From Chrysomallon squamiferum (Eukaryota; Animalia; Mollusca), in contig CM022672.1 of assembly GCA_012295275.1 (NCBI GenBank), positions 25,234,001 to 25,298,000 on the forward strand: a stretch of DNA of 64,000 bases, given 5' to 3'. Shown in pieces: positions 1-13,236 of the stretch. Numbering within the stretch: position 1 is the first letter of the stretch; every line of letters starts with the position of its first letter. The position numbers and the translations under genes are program-made. The notes under the pieces were generated by a model. That model had not been told where the DNA came from. It saw only the letters and a list, made by a program, of their open reading frames with translations, and searched no databases.

Positions 1-509
1 AAAGGACAGTGCTGAGAAGAAGAAGCGGATGATGTCCATCAAATTAAAGACTGAATTCATAGAAAAACATGAGCGAGGTGTGTATGTAGTTGACTTGTCT
101 AGGCAGTACGAGCATAGTATTTCTACGATATGTACCATACTGAAGCAGAAGGAGTCAATAGAGGCTGCAACTCCAGCCAAAGGCGTTAAAATAATTTGTC
201 TGATCTCCAAGATAAATATACTTAACAAAACCAATTTATTTCTTTGCATTGTCTTTTATTTTGTTTTTATACAATATTTTTCATTTATAAATACATTGTT
301 TTAATTTAAAATCATGTTACAAAAAAAAAAAAAAAAAAAAACACACACAAAAAAAAAAAAAAAAAAAAAAAAAAAAACAGTGGGTGGCTTTTGGGGTTAG
401 GCTGGAACGGATTAATGGTATTTCAATTAATTTCAGTTAGGAAAACTGATTTGATATACGAGCAAATTGAGATACGAGCTCGGTCACGGAACGAATTAAA
501 GGTACCACT

Positions 510-510
<1 letters not shown>
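1..510 (+). mobile_element. Internally deleted Tigger/pogo-family (Tc1-mariner) DNA transposon remnant; left end lies outside the window
   Basis: ORF 29-200 reads SIKLKTEFIEKHERGVYVVDLSRQYEHSISTICTILKQKESI, a CENP-B/psq-type N-terminal HTH of Tigger transposases, then drops into AT-rich sequence. The element ends in ...GGTACCACTG (reverse complement CAGTGGTACC, Tigger-like TIR) followed by TA at 511-512. Confidence 0.8.
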
Positions 511-511
<1 letters not shown>

Positions 512-581
<70 letters not shown>

Positions 582-592
582 ACACACACACA
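512..592. repeat. (CA)n microsatellite
   Basis: Directly visible; starts at the TA flanking the transposon end. Confidence 0.97.
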
Positions 593-1708
593 GATACATA
601 TAGATATAGATATTTTGATGTGTTAATAATAAACAGTCCACGAAAAATGAAAAAGCGAAGTGAAGAGACGGTATTGATTATAAGCAAAGATAGAGAGACG
701 CAAACTGGGATAGACAAACAGAGAAAAAGGAAGAAACAGGATCACAGGGTAAAGAAAAATGATAAAAGGAAATAGTTAAACAAAACCAGGAAAGAAATAT
801 TTAGACAGACAGGCAGACAGCTGAGAGAAACAGACAATCAGACACCAAAGAGACAGGTAGATAAATAAAAAGATACATATAGGTATAAATAGATATACAG
901 ATAAACAGAGAGACAGACAGATAGATAGATAGCTAGATACACTGTTTGAAAGGCAGACAGATATATAGACACAAAAATATAGATACTTTTGCAAACAATA
1001 TCATTAATGTGGAATATCTAGTGTATCGATTTTCTCCAACTCGCTCTCTATTTCTCTCTCTCTCTCTCAATTTGATATTTCACGATGCAGATACATAATA
1101 CATAAACACAAAGCATTTTACGCGAAGATGGATCATTAAGCATGAAATAAACCCATTGTCGTAATTAGGTGCGAATTCAAATTAAATTCTCTCTCTCTTA
1201 GTCGACTCAGTGGCATCCAAAATAACATTAATAAAAAGTGCTGGGTAATTGTGAGTCCCGAACTTAACCGTTTGGCCCTGGCGACCACGTGTCGAACCCT
1301 TCCGGATGTTGCTGGCTGGTACGGTGTATTTTCCAGGCTTGACGCAAATTACCAAAAGTTCAAGCGGTCAGGGATGCGTTGTAAGAGAGACAGTCATTTC
1401 ACACCTCGGCGGAGATATGCACAGATTTAATAATTCAGAAAATAACTCGGAGATTCCAGGCTCACAAAAACCAATGACCCACTAATCTAAAGATCAATAG
1501 TTTCAAGTGCTTTCGTGTTTTTCACGTATTTGCCAAGTAAACTGGAAAATCCGATGGCATCAAAGCAGGGGTCTCTCTGTGAAGTTTCAGCACAGTTAAT
1601 AGTATCTGGGGTTTTATCAAAGGAGTTGTAGTGACAGATCGATGTACATTAGATTGGGGAGTAGTTTGACAACTAATTCTTGAAATCAGATTTCAGAAGC
1701 AAGACATC

Positions 1709-1709
<1 letters not shown>

Positions 1710-1801
<92 letters not shown>
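1710..1801. repeat. (CT)n microsatellite
   Basis: Directly visible perfect dinucleotide run. Confidence 0.97.
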
Positions 1802-1805
<4 letters not shown>

Positions 1806-2547
1806 TTACTTTTTTCTCCGTTTTTCCTTTCTTTTTTCGGTCATTCTCTCTCTTTTTCTTTCTGTCATTTCATTTATTATTTTTCTCTTTCTTTGTATCT
1901 CTGTTTGTTCTCTTTGTATGTTATATCTTTCTATGTCTTTCTGTTGTGTATATTTCTCTAGTGACAAGTATTTGTCCGTGTGTGTGTGTGTGTGCGTGTG
2001 CATGTGCGGCCGTATATGCATGAGAGAGCCAACATAGAGTAGCAATAGAATCTCAATCAGTATATTCGTATATTCAGATCAGCCATCTGCATTCAGTTTA
2101 AATTTTAAACAAATAAATACAAATAAACAAACAAACAAAATAAAAATAAATAAATAAATAAATAATGCGAGGAAAAAGATGATAAAAAAAAAATAATATA
2201 AAAATAAACGAGAAAATTAACGTTGCATAATTAGATCTGTAGCTCTAACTGCCATCTGCAAATTATTCCCCACGGATTTAGAATGGCAATTTGGCAAATC
2301 TCCGGATAATTTCCCAGTATTTGACTCCACCACCACGCTGTTTGTGGAGGCGAAACAACTAAAGAAACCACGCGTCCTCGGTACACAACATTTGGCAAAA
2401 TTAGTGAGGTTTGTCTTTTGGGGATTACAACGAAAGGAAACGCGAGGCAGGGGTCCGCGAACAAGGGTGAAAAGTTTATAAATACGACTGAAGAAAGAAA
2501 AATAAGGGAACAAAATGGACAGAGAAGAAGATAAGAATGACAGGAGA

Positions 2548-2583
<36 letters not shown>

Positions 2584-2885
2584 AGAAAAAATAAAATAAA
2601 ATAGAAAAAGAAATTAGAAAGAAAAAAAAAGACGATAAGAATATGTATTTTTTTTTTTTTTTTTTTTTATTGGAATGTACATGTACAATGACTTGATGTT
2701 TTCGGAGATCTGATCAAAATGATTTTCAGATTCCAAGCGAATTTCTTTGACACATACGTGGTTATCGTGTTCGGTTTTTAACTGAATACTGGATGAGAAA
2801 TTTATATTTCATCTTCAAAAAACGGACTCATGGAAAGAGAGAGAGAGAGGTAAAGACAGAGATAGATAATTGTAATGTTTACAGT

Positions 2886-3365
2886 GTGACGTAGTACTCT
2901 AACATTTTATAGCGTAGTGCAGCGTATACATTATGACGTGGCACTGTAAATCTTATAGCAATATGTAACATTTTAATGCGTAGTCAGCACTCTGTAAAAT
3001 GTTATAGCAATAGTGTAACATTTTAATGCGTAGTCAGAAACTCTGTAAAATTTATAGCGTAGCGTAGCGTTTAAGAGTGACGTAGTACTCTAACATTTTA
3101 TAGCGTAGTGCAGCGTTTAAGGTGACGTGACGTTTAAGAGGTGACGTAGTACTTTAACATTTTATAGCGTAGCGCAGCGTTTAAGAGGTGACGTAGTACT
3201 CTAACATTTTATAGCGTAGCGCAGCGTTTACGAGGTGACGTAGCACTCTAACATTTTATAGCGTAGCGCAGCGTTTAAGAGGTGACGTAGCACTCTAACA
3301 TTTTATAGCGTAGCGCAGCGTTTAAGAGGTGACGTAGTACTTTAACATTTTATAGCGTAGTGCAG
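2886..3365. repeat. 47-bp minisatellite
   Basis: Unit GTGACGTAGTACTCTAACATTTTATAGCGTAGCGCAGCGTTTAAGAG; near-perfect copies start at 3141, 3188, 3235, 3282 and 3329, with degenerate copies back to 2886. Confidence 0.95.
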
Positions 3366-4739
3366 TCATCAGTGTTATGTGATGCAATGGAACATCGTTC
3401 ATTATAGACCTCTCTGTACTAAATTAAACGTTTATGTTGTTTAGATTAACACATAAACTCACTGTAAATTCGATAATGTTTGCTGGGGTTTTTTTTCTTT
3501 TTTTTTTTCTCCACGTAATAGCTGTTACAAGATTAAGGTACAAGTTATCGTGTTTTTTTTTTTTGGTTTTAAGTTTCTAACAAAAATAGAAAAAATCGAA
3601 TAAAAGAGAAAATAAATTGCTTTCTATAAAAAAGAAAAAAAAAAAATGTTGATAAAAATAAATGAGTAAAGAAATGAAAAAAAAAAAAAAAAAAAAAAAA
3701 ATGAATAAAAAAGAACTATATTATAAAGCTGTTAAAAATGATTAACGTGTTGTAACGCAAGTTTGTTAAAATGTGTTTGATTTTTTTATCGCAATGAATA
3801 ATACGTCACCATATGTGATGTGTACGTGTGCGAACACAGGTATATTATACCAGTCACTCTTATTATAGATGTAGATATAGAACCTCATACATGTACGCAT
3901 GCAACATGCTCGCACCCGTTCCGGCGGGATCTGTAATTATTCAGAAAGAATACTGGCTGATTATATCTCTGTCTGTCTGTCGTTTGAATCTGACAAAAGG
4001 GGAAAAGGAAAAACGAAGACGCGAGAGAGCGAGATACGTACATAAATACATGAATATATATATTCGCACGCACGCACTAACGTTCACATATATACATACG
4101 CACACATTTTGAGACACACACAAACACACACACTAGTATATACATACATACATATTATTTAATCACATACATACACATACATAAATATTATATAAAGAGA
4201 AACAGACGTAATCAGTGTATTGTCATTAACTCATCTAGCATGTTATAAATAAATAAATAACAACGGACATCTGACACAGCCAAACCCCAGGCGATATACT
4301 TCAGTACATGTACATTTATTAAACACGCTTTACATAAGCATCACTTGGGTTTCATACTGTTTTGAAACAGCTGTGTTGTTTGTCCTTATAAAATAAATAG
4401 CACGCATAGCTTCCATTTGTACGTAGCTAGAAAATATCGATCCGCTGCTAAATATAGTCCCGTTTGTCATTTTGCAGAATAACATAATACAAGGTTTCAA
4501 ACTGAGAATATCTGGATTAAAAGTGCGTTACTCGTATGTTAGAAAAGTATCAAGAACGCTAATCCTGGGCACGCCTTTCAGCAGCAAATAACAGTGGGTA
4601 AAGGGGATGGCAAACCTGTTGCGCAAATCTACACCTTTTTTTATTTGATTTTAATTTTTTCTCTTTTTTTTTTTTTTTTGTCATCTATTCCTTTTATTCT
4701 TTTTTTTTTATTTAATTTTTGTTTTTTTGTGACGAAAAC

Positions 4740-4900
4740 TTTCTGAAATTCTTGACTCGTCGCTGTAATTTAACAGTTACACCCACTGCAACGACGTCAG
4801 CTCCCCTCTTTCTGAAATACTCGATCCGCCCCTGTAATTTAATAGTTACAATCACTGCAGCGACTGTGGAACCGCCCCTGTAATTTGATACTTACATGTA
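4740..4900. repeat. Short degenerate tandem repeat (about 70-bp unit, 2-3 copies)
   Basis: TTCTGAAAT...C(G/C)CTGTAATTTAA.AGTTACA..CACTGCA.CGAC repeated twice, plus a third partial CCGCCCCTGTAATTTGATACTTACA. Confidence 0.7.
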
Positions 4901-5262
4901 CCGTACAATAATGACAACTCTTTAGTTTTCTGAATTCGTGTTCGCCCACGAAACTGGATAGTGACTGAACAATATGTGAGGTTTTATAAAGCTATAATTT
5001 GAGACGAAAGACAGGCGTATCTTGGAGACTTGTTCACGTTTGGTCCTCTAATTATACAGAAATAATAATAACTAGATTACTGAGCTTGATGCAAATACTA
5101 AATGCGAGTTTCCTTTTGTTGTTGTTAGTACAATAATAGTAGCCTTGATAATGCGATTTGGAGAATCCAAACCGAGGTTCAAACAGTGGATATCCACGAT
5201 AAAATTAGAATATAATTACACAGTTGAAATCTATGAGCCGAATTTGCGAACCTATGTTTAAG

Positions 5263-5302
<40 letters not shown>

Positions 5303-5510
5303 GAATGTTAATACGTAATACCATATCACCTTTAACGTTTTAAGTTTGAGCTCATGCTAATGTTTAGTTATGCGTTTATTTCAATATTGATTTACATACA
5401 TATTAATTAATTTATTTCTAATTAGCAAAAGTAGAACCATCAGATCAAGATTTTTAAATGTGGAAAATCACACAAAAGATTGGCCATGTCTCAGAAAATA
5501 AATTTTAGCG

Positions 5511-5512
<2 letters not shown>

Positions 5513-5572
<60 letters not shown>

Positions 5573-6119
5573 TGAAAGATAACGATAATAATAATGATGA
5601 CAGAAAAATAATACGAAATAATCATCACCATTTTTGATATCATCAGCTTGTTATCATCACATCATCATCATCATCATGACCATCCTCATTTTTATTGTTT
5701 AAAGAAGGACAAAAAAACGAACAGATAAAATTCGACATAATTTAATATAAATGTTAATATGTACACAGTACAATAATGAAATTGATATTTACACATGAAC
5801 AATACATATTACATATTTCTTTCAGTGAACCATGTTTTCAAATTAATAATAATAAAATAATAATAATAATAATCATCATCATCATTACCATCATCATCTG
5901 CCATAATCTGTACAAATCCATGTAAAAAATAAAATAAAATAATAAATTAATAAATGTAAAAATAATAATGATGATGATAATAAAAATTCTCCATCATCAT
6001 CATTTCATCACAATCTTTATGCAACAACAACAATAATAATAATAATAATAATACTAATACTAATACTAATACTAATACTAATACTAATATTAATATTAAT
6101 ATTAATAATAATAATGATG

Positions 6120-6164
<45 letters not shown>

Positions 6165-6208
6165 TAATAATAATAATAATAATAATAATAAATTAATAAT
6201 AATAATAA
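5513..6208. repeat. Cluster of (AAT)n/(ATC)n/(ACTAAT)n microsatellites and low-complexity DNA
   Basis: Directly visible runs at about 5513-5570 and 6030-6208. Confidence 0.9.
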
Positions 6209-6721
6209 TTTAGATGGTGACGATAATGATGAAGACGATGATGATGATCATCATCATGATGATCGAGATAATAATCTGTACAAATCTATGTTTCCACGGC
6301 AACGTTCCCGGAGGCCACCACTATAGTTCTCTTTGTGATAAACTAAATAGCAAAGTAGCAGATCAAGCAGTGAAAATACGTAATGATAAAATCGATTGCA
6401 AAGCGATTTCAGAGAAGCTAATGGTCTTTTTCCATTGAAATTATCGGGCGATTAGCGATCTTAATAGATATTCACTTTATGTCACAGAGCCAAATTCACT
6501 TTCCCACGATCTTAAGATAAAAAATAAATAAAAGAAGAAGAAGAAAAAAAAAAAAAAAGGAAAAACGAAAAAACGTAACGTACTGAATGTTGCTGTTTGA
6601 GGACTAACGTTAGAAACAGGAATGACGGTAATGGTCAGTTAAAGTGGGTGCCTTTTTGGAAGAAATTAAACTTTTTATTTATGTTTATGCCTTACATGTG
6701 TTGGTAATATTATTTATATGA

Positions 6722-6775
<54 letters not shown>

Positions 6776-8293
6776 TGCTCTTATATGTTAGTAGATTTAT
6801 ATTAAATTTATATTTTAAAAAAATGTCCACTTTATCCATTGTCGTCTTTCAAAGAAACTTTCAACAAGCCAAGATTATAAAATAAATAAATAAATAAATA
6901 AATAAATACAAATTTTAAATCAAAAATTAAAACAAAGAATAAAAGTAATCATCCAGAGGAATCAGTTCTGAATTAAATCGACTGGTAATTGAAAAACACG
7001 AACAAACGCGTTTGTCATTTAAATACTTTTTATATTTTTTTATAATGAAAAAATGTTTTAATTTCTCGTTCACAAAATAAAAAAAGAATTCTATTATCAG
7101 AGCCAGCAGCTGTATTTGTCATACGAGCAGCGGTTGGTCTCTGTGAAAAATTTATGGCGTACGTTACTGGGCGAATAAAACAACGAATTAAAACAAGCAG
7201 AAGAAAAACAATGCGAGAACAGTTTACATAGATATTCTACAAACAAGTTTTTTTTTTATTTTTTTTTTTTTTTTGTCTCTACATAAATTAATAATTTGAA
7301 AATCAAAAACAGATGCAGATTTGTTTAAACTGTTTTCAATATTACACAACTCTGAGGTATTTTCAGAGATTCAAGATCAACTGAACGCTGAATTAAACGA
7401 TTTTGTAATTACATGTACGTATAAAATATACATATGTATGTACAATAATAAGCCATTTTAATGTGTTATGGGCGGATCGAAAAAATATATATAGGTATGT
7501 ATGTATGTGTGTGTGCGTGTGTGTGCGTGTATGCTTGTATGTGTGTGTGTGTGTGTTGCATGTGTATTTTTTTAACACACTCATTTAATGTTCTATAGTT
7601 TGTTCATTAGAAATTTTTGTTTTGTTTTGACAAAACTGTTATAAATATTGAATGATGACTCTCGATTGTTCTCTCTTGTGTGTGGTTACTTGAAAAGTTA
7701 TTGATTTGCATCGATTTTTCTTTTCTTTATTGTCTGCGTTTTCTTTCGTATTACAGTTCTTAACAATAAAAAGGCTCATGATTTTTTATTTTGTACAAAA
7801 ACAGCAGATTACTATAAAAAATAAGAATAATTTACAAACATTCGTACGCAGCGTACCTATACAATAGATTTTATACAATATCATAAAATACAATTCTGCT
7901 GCTAGTAGATTTTATCAGACGCCGGTGTAATACAGGATTAAATATCTCCTATAATACACAGACACAGAGAGAGGAAAGGATTTTTAGCAGTATTTTAGAT
8001 ATTAATATTTATTTCTTAATCAAAATTAATAAATATTAATTAATGCTCTGGTCAACATAAAATAAATATTAAACAAAAGGGACCGTAATTGAAATTCAGT
8101 CATTTAGAAATAAATTAATATCAAATATTGGAATGAAAGGAACTGGTAATTTAATATAATTTAACACGAAATATAATCCCTAGATAAATTTGGTTTCTTG
8201 ATAAATGTCCAATGCACCACCATCTGCTTCGCAAAAGATTTGAGTAACCGAAAAACAGCATATATTAGATTCTCCTTTACTTCTATGATTGAA

Positions 8294-8333
<40 letters not shown>

Positions 8334-8713
8334 TCCATGGCATTACAAACTCTATTATCTACGTAGCATTACAAGATTTTATATATCCATGGCAATACAA
8401 GATACATTTTTATCTTCTATTACCGTTGGACATTTTTTTTATCTCTTCGTAATTAAACACAGCAATTCAGTACATCCATATGACGGGTAGAAAACAAAAT
8501 ATTGATGTAATAAATACCACAAATGTACAGTAACTATATATTATTTTTAAATAATTATTTAAAAAAAAATTATTATTATTATTCTTATCTTGGGAGTAGA
8601 CTACGAATTAATATACTAACTCTTGTTGCAATCTATAGCTAACAAAACTACAGCAGTGAAAAAAAAAAAAAAAACAACGGAATGTTTTAACTATTAACAT
8701 GGAATAGGTGACT

Positions 8714-8760
<47 letters not shown>

Positions 8761-8926
8761 TATTATTATTATTATCAGTAACAATGATAAATAAATAATA
8801 AAAATAAATAACAAACATTAATCTTGTCGATTTAAAAAAATGTATTACTTATTTATTTATTATTTATTTATTTATTTTTATTTTTATTTTTATTTTTATT
8901 TTTATTTTTATTTTTATTTTTTTTTA

Positions 8927-8963
<37 letters not shown>

Positions 8964-9389
8964 TTTATATTTCAGTAAATAATTATTAAATACTATATTT
9001 AAAGTTAATATTAACATAGCTATTTAATTTTTTTTGGACTTAAAGAACATTTTCCCCCATCTGTTTATAACATTTCCACCAATATATTTTTTTCTTTTAT
9101 CGTATTATTTTTCGTCTTGGCAGATTTACGACGCAACTCCTTGGATATTTACACCACGAACTTTTAACGAACCAAACAGAAAATAACTTCAAAACATTTA
9201 ATGAACTCTGTGATGATGCTATAATGGGATGTCACTGACCTATTTACATTCCTAACAAAATATGGACGGCCTATATTTTGAAATATCCCCGACAAGGATA
9301 CTTTGACTTTGGTGCACAAAAACGCTATCAAAAAAGTGCTGTTTAATAACTAAATGACTTTATAAAATCTGGCAGGAAACTCTGAAGAA

Positions 9390-9656
9390 ACAGAAAGCCG
9401 AGTCTTAAGATAGGGAAATCAAGTTCCAGCAGTTTGTTGATGGAAGCTTTCTAAAAATGACCCACGACGACAAGCACGTCACACACGAATGAATTTGCGA
9501 ATAAACGAACCGGAAAGAGAAAATTTGACAGAAAGCTTAGAGATCGAGTCTACGACAAGAAATTAAGCCTGAACAGTTCGTTGATGGAAGCATTCTAAAA
9601 ATGACTCGGGATGACAAGCAGTGTCACACACGAACGGATTCGTATCTAACGAACCG
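9390..9656. repeat. Diverged tandem duplication, period 144 bp
   Basis: CAGTTTGTTGATGGAAGCTTTCTAAAAATGAC at 9430 recurs as CAGTTCGTTGATGGAAGCATTCTAAAAATGAC at 9574; similarity extends to ...AACGAACCG. Confidence 0.85.
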
Positions 9657-9893
9657 AGACGGCTGTCGCAGTACGGCTACGCCTGCAGGCGAATAAATCA
9701 GACTTAGTGTCTTAACAAAGCTCTCGTTTATAACTGACAGTCGTGTTTTGAAATATAAACACGCTACACGGGTGTTATAGGCTCGTTTTGCAAGGTAGCC
9801 TGTGACGTCTGCTTGTTTGACAGAATAGTGATGGACAAGTTAAAACAAAGCACTTTCTTTTTTTTTTGACGTGTTTGTGCACGTTTTTGTTAA

Positions 9894-10044
9894 GGTGTCA
9901 TGCCAGTAATATTGCCGATAGCAAAAGAAGTCGTGATGGTGGTTGTAAATAAATTAGTAAAATTTCGATTTTCGTCTAGCTAGTGTTGACGGTGTCATGC
10001 CAATAAAACTGCCGATAGCAAAAGAATCAGTGATGCTTGTTGTA
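9894..10044. repeat. Diverged direct repeat (about 53 bp, two copies)
   Basis: GGTGTCATGCCA.TAA.A.TGCCGATAGCAAAAGAA...GTGATG.T.GTTGTA at 9894 and 9991. Confidence 0.8.
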
Positions 10045-11752
10045 TTAACAGCCAATGCATTCAGTATTAAAATTCTTTAGCGAAAATGTTAAAAATAAAT
10101 GTTAAAGCCTTTTTATAGTGTAATAAAATATATAGGTCAGGATGCAAATACGAATAACCTTAAGGAAATCGATGAACTTTTTTCTTTTCTTCTTATCTTG
10201 TTTTATGAGGTAATTCTGTTCTCATGAAGTTGTTTTTCCTACATATTAATTACAATTTCTATATAGAATTACAAAAAAAAAAAAATATATATATATATAA
10301 TATTACTATCAGACAATATTATTTATTATTTATACACAGGACCCAGAGAAGAGAGATAGAGAAGGAAAACAAATATATAATTAACATTAGTAAAAAAATA
10401 ATCCATATTGAAAAAAAACACCATGTATAATGAAAGTTATAATGGTCCGTCTCTGATATCAGTCTTTTTTCTTTTCAAAGAAAGAAAGAAAAAGATTATA
10501 AAAAGATTGTAACTTCTGTACAGTCACCCTGTAGACGTCTGCCATTCTAAACCTCGTCACCCGGCACAGAGCAGACGTCTTTTTGTCTCTCACATCACCA
10601 GAAACGTCACAGCTGTTTGAAAGATCAGCTGACAGCCACGACAACTGCGCGTGTCGTTTCCTCTTCCTTGACGATAAAAACGTCGACAACGCAGACGTGT
10701 CCGAACTAATGTGAAGAAAACTGACCACGAGCTGCAGTGACCGAACATGACTCTCACCAGTCCGAGCGGTTTGAAGAAGACGTACAACACATGAAGATTG
10801 TTCACTGACTAGTTAATGAAGAATTTATCATAGCGTGCTAGTTCAGAATCCCACTCATGAATTACTCCGTGCTTATAATGAATAATAAAACAAAAAATAA
10901 TAATAATAATAAAATAAGTTACATCGCAGACTATCATGATGTGACAGTCTGAATAATTCTTAAGACGAGTCGTATTACAACAGTGCACATTTTGATAAGC
11001 ACTTTGCCATTTTGTTTAACCTATAATTACAAAAATGTTAACCTCCACTATGTTTCTGAATTATTTATTTTTATTCTTTTTTTTTTCAGCAAATATAAAT
11101 ATTTACAATTTCATAACATTAATAACAAAATAAATAGGACATTTTATACAAAAGTCTGAGATTGTTTTGTCATGGATTTGGCTTGTTTGTTTTTGATTTG
11201 TAATTTTTTTTTTTTTTAAATAAACCCATTGTATTTTACCTCCTGCAACATTTACGTCGACATTTACGTCGCCTGTGTACTTATTCACATTGAATATGTC
11301 ACCAGTGGAAACGAATTCACTCAACACAAGTAAAATATTTACTTTCCTTTTAGACCACTCAGTAACAAATACAAATCCAGCCTGTTTGTCTCCTCAGTGG
11401 TTCGTTCGGCTATCCTATACCCGATGTTTCAATACCTAGACCTCTACATTCGTATTAGAATTTATTACTGATTTCTGCCTCCAACTAAATAGGTACCTTT
11501 TATCCACTGTTGTATTGTCATTGATTCTCTTTGCTGGACGCTTATCGGCAGAGAGTCGAGATGAAATCCTAATATCTTCACTCACGGTTCTCTTCGTATT
11601 TAGAATTTTGCTGGTGGTAATCAAACTGCTCTTGTTCGCGGTTAGTCAGCCAGCAGCCATAATCAGGCCAAACTAAACGGTGATAGACGAACGTGATATA
11701 CATTTTTATATGTCAAAGATCAAATCTTTGTTCTGCGAGAACAAGCCAAACC

Positions 11753-13236
11753 TCAGCTGTGACAGTCATTAGAGTGATTAATCATTTTAACGCAGTTCTC
11801 GTCGGCCTCTGCCATTATGTACAAGTTATTTCGTTTTTTGTCTTTCTGGAAGTCAATCTGTTCGTTTCTTAACCTCTCGCGCCTCCTGTAGTAAAAATGG
11901 AAAACCACCACGCAGACCAATAAAGTCAAAAGGAATGTACCGACCACTGCGCCAACAATGTCCACTATCGTAAAGTCACTTTGCGAGCTCTGGCCCGACA
12001 TGACACCCATTTTCATCTCCGGTTGATTTACTTTCCACCCGTACGAATCGCGAGTACCGATGACATCGTGGCTTCGAATGACCGGGGCGCTTCCGGAAGA
12101 CGTCTGCACCACATTCTCCGTCGTCTGCCGCACCTGAGGTGGCCAGACGACATTTAAAGAAAACGTCACATTTCCAGCTGGATTGCTAGCAACACATTTA
12201 TACTTGGCACTGTTGTCGTAGTTGTGTGTGCTGGTGATATACATGATGCCCTCGTTGTCTCTCGCCTCTTCGTTCTGAGGTGCGTAAAACGTCTCTGTCG
12301 TGCCATCAGGACGCACCCAGTAAAGCGTTGGGGTGGGGTCACCACTAGCGCTACAGTTCAACTTACTCCATTCAATGTCGAAAACAACGTCCACATTTTT
12401 GAATGTTGGCAACTCACACCTGAAATCATCTTCGACTAAATCATTAAACAACTTATTTCTTGTGTGTATCGGGCTAGCGCATGACGGGGGATCTCCCCCA
12501 GAAAATACTGACGGATGACTTATGAAGAAATTATAAAACCATTTTATCTCACAGTTACAATGAAAAGGGTTTTTCCCAGTCGCAAATGGCTGAGTGATTT
12601 AAATTTACTCAACCATTTCGATGAAAACGTTTCAAATTTGTTGTCATCTAACCATAAGGCTCTGAGCGACCCGTTCAGCGGTAACATCACTTCCAGAGAC
12701 AGTTTAATAAGGCGACATTTGTGCATGTAAAGGCCCATAGTCGTAAGTCCAGAAAAAGCATTGGCGGATAACTGGAGGGAAGAATCTTTCCCCGCGATTT
12801 CTGTCTTTGGGTTGTTGTCAAGGAACAGATGATCCAAGGATAAGCCACGAAATGTAAAATCGGCGATGAACTGAATTTCGTTGTCACTAAGATCCAGCCA
12901 TTTCAGTTTTGTCAGATCTGAAAACGTATCTAGGGTTATAGTTTCGATTCCGCAGTTGCTCATATACAGGTGTTCAAGGCTCTCGAGATTTGACAGATTT
13001 CTTCTGGAAAGCACCGGGTTTTGGAATTTATTTTCATTCATGTTCAACTGCATCGTGTTGAAAGGAATACCGGCTGGGATTGCTGGAAGATCTTTACGCG
13101 AACAGTATACATTTTTACTGTGCTGGGGGCAGGAGCAGGCCCGTGGACACGCCCCACTTAGATCGAGGTAGCTCAGGCCTATGATTAATATAAGTAAAGC
13201 ACCCTCCGCCCACCTCACAGAACAAACACATTTCAT
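11753..13236 (-). CDS. Leucine-rich repeat and Ig-domain type I transmembrane protein (LIG superfamily; kekkon/LRIT/AMIGO-like architecture), about 494 aa if the single -1 frame break at 12570-12577 is bridged
   Basis: ATG at 13236; hydrophobic signal peptide; LRRNT CPRACSC...VYC; several LxxLxLxxN repeats. After adding one base in GGGAAAAA the frame reads LRLGKNPFHCNCEIKW...PPSCASP...FRC (LRRCT), then an Ig domain (LNCSASGDPTPTLYW...YKCVASNPAG), a TM helix (IVGAVVGTFLLTLLVCVVVF), basic stop-transfer RRR and a short tail. No intron is needed. Confidence 0.9.

Noticed and set aside
391-2045. Short ORFs such as THTHTH, CVCVCV and FFLSF in the ORF track (similar ones occur throughout the window)
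   Set aside because: Translations of microsatellites and low-complexity DNA, with no domain features or splice support.
2217-2513. 98-aa minus-strand ORF in a GC-richer patch
   Set aside because: Non-ATG start and no recognisable motif; more like a cis-regulatory island.
2886-3365. CRISPR-like appearance of the regular repeat
   Set aside because: Units are contiguous with no unique spacers, there are no cas genes, and the context is eukaryotic.
10459-10805. Overlapping minus-strand ORFs downstream of the LRR-Ig stop
   Set aside because: No recognisable domain; the position fits a 3' UTR.
11753-12451. Treating the Ig-TM ORF and the LRR ORF as two genes
   Set aside because: The LRRCT motif bridges them with a single-base shift, and the Ig-TM ORF has no signal peptide or ATG start.
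12486-12499. GGGGG-AGAT-CCCCC hairpin as frameshift stimulator
   Set aside because: About 70 nt from the heptamer, whereas canonical spacing is 5-9 nt; it is explained by Gly-Gly-Asp-Pro-Pro codons.
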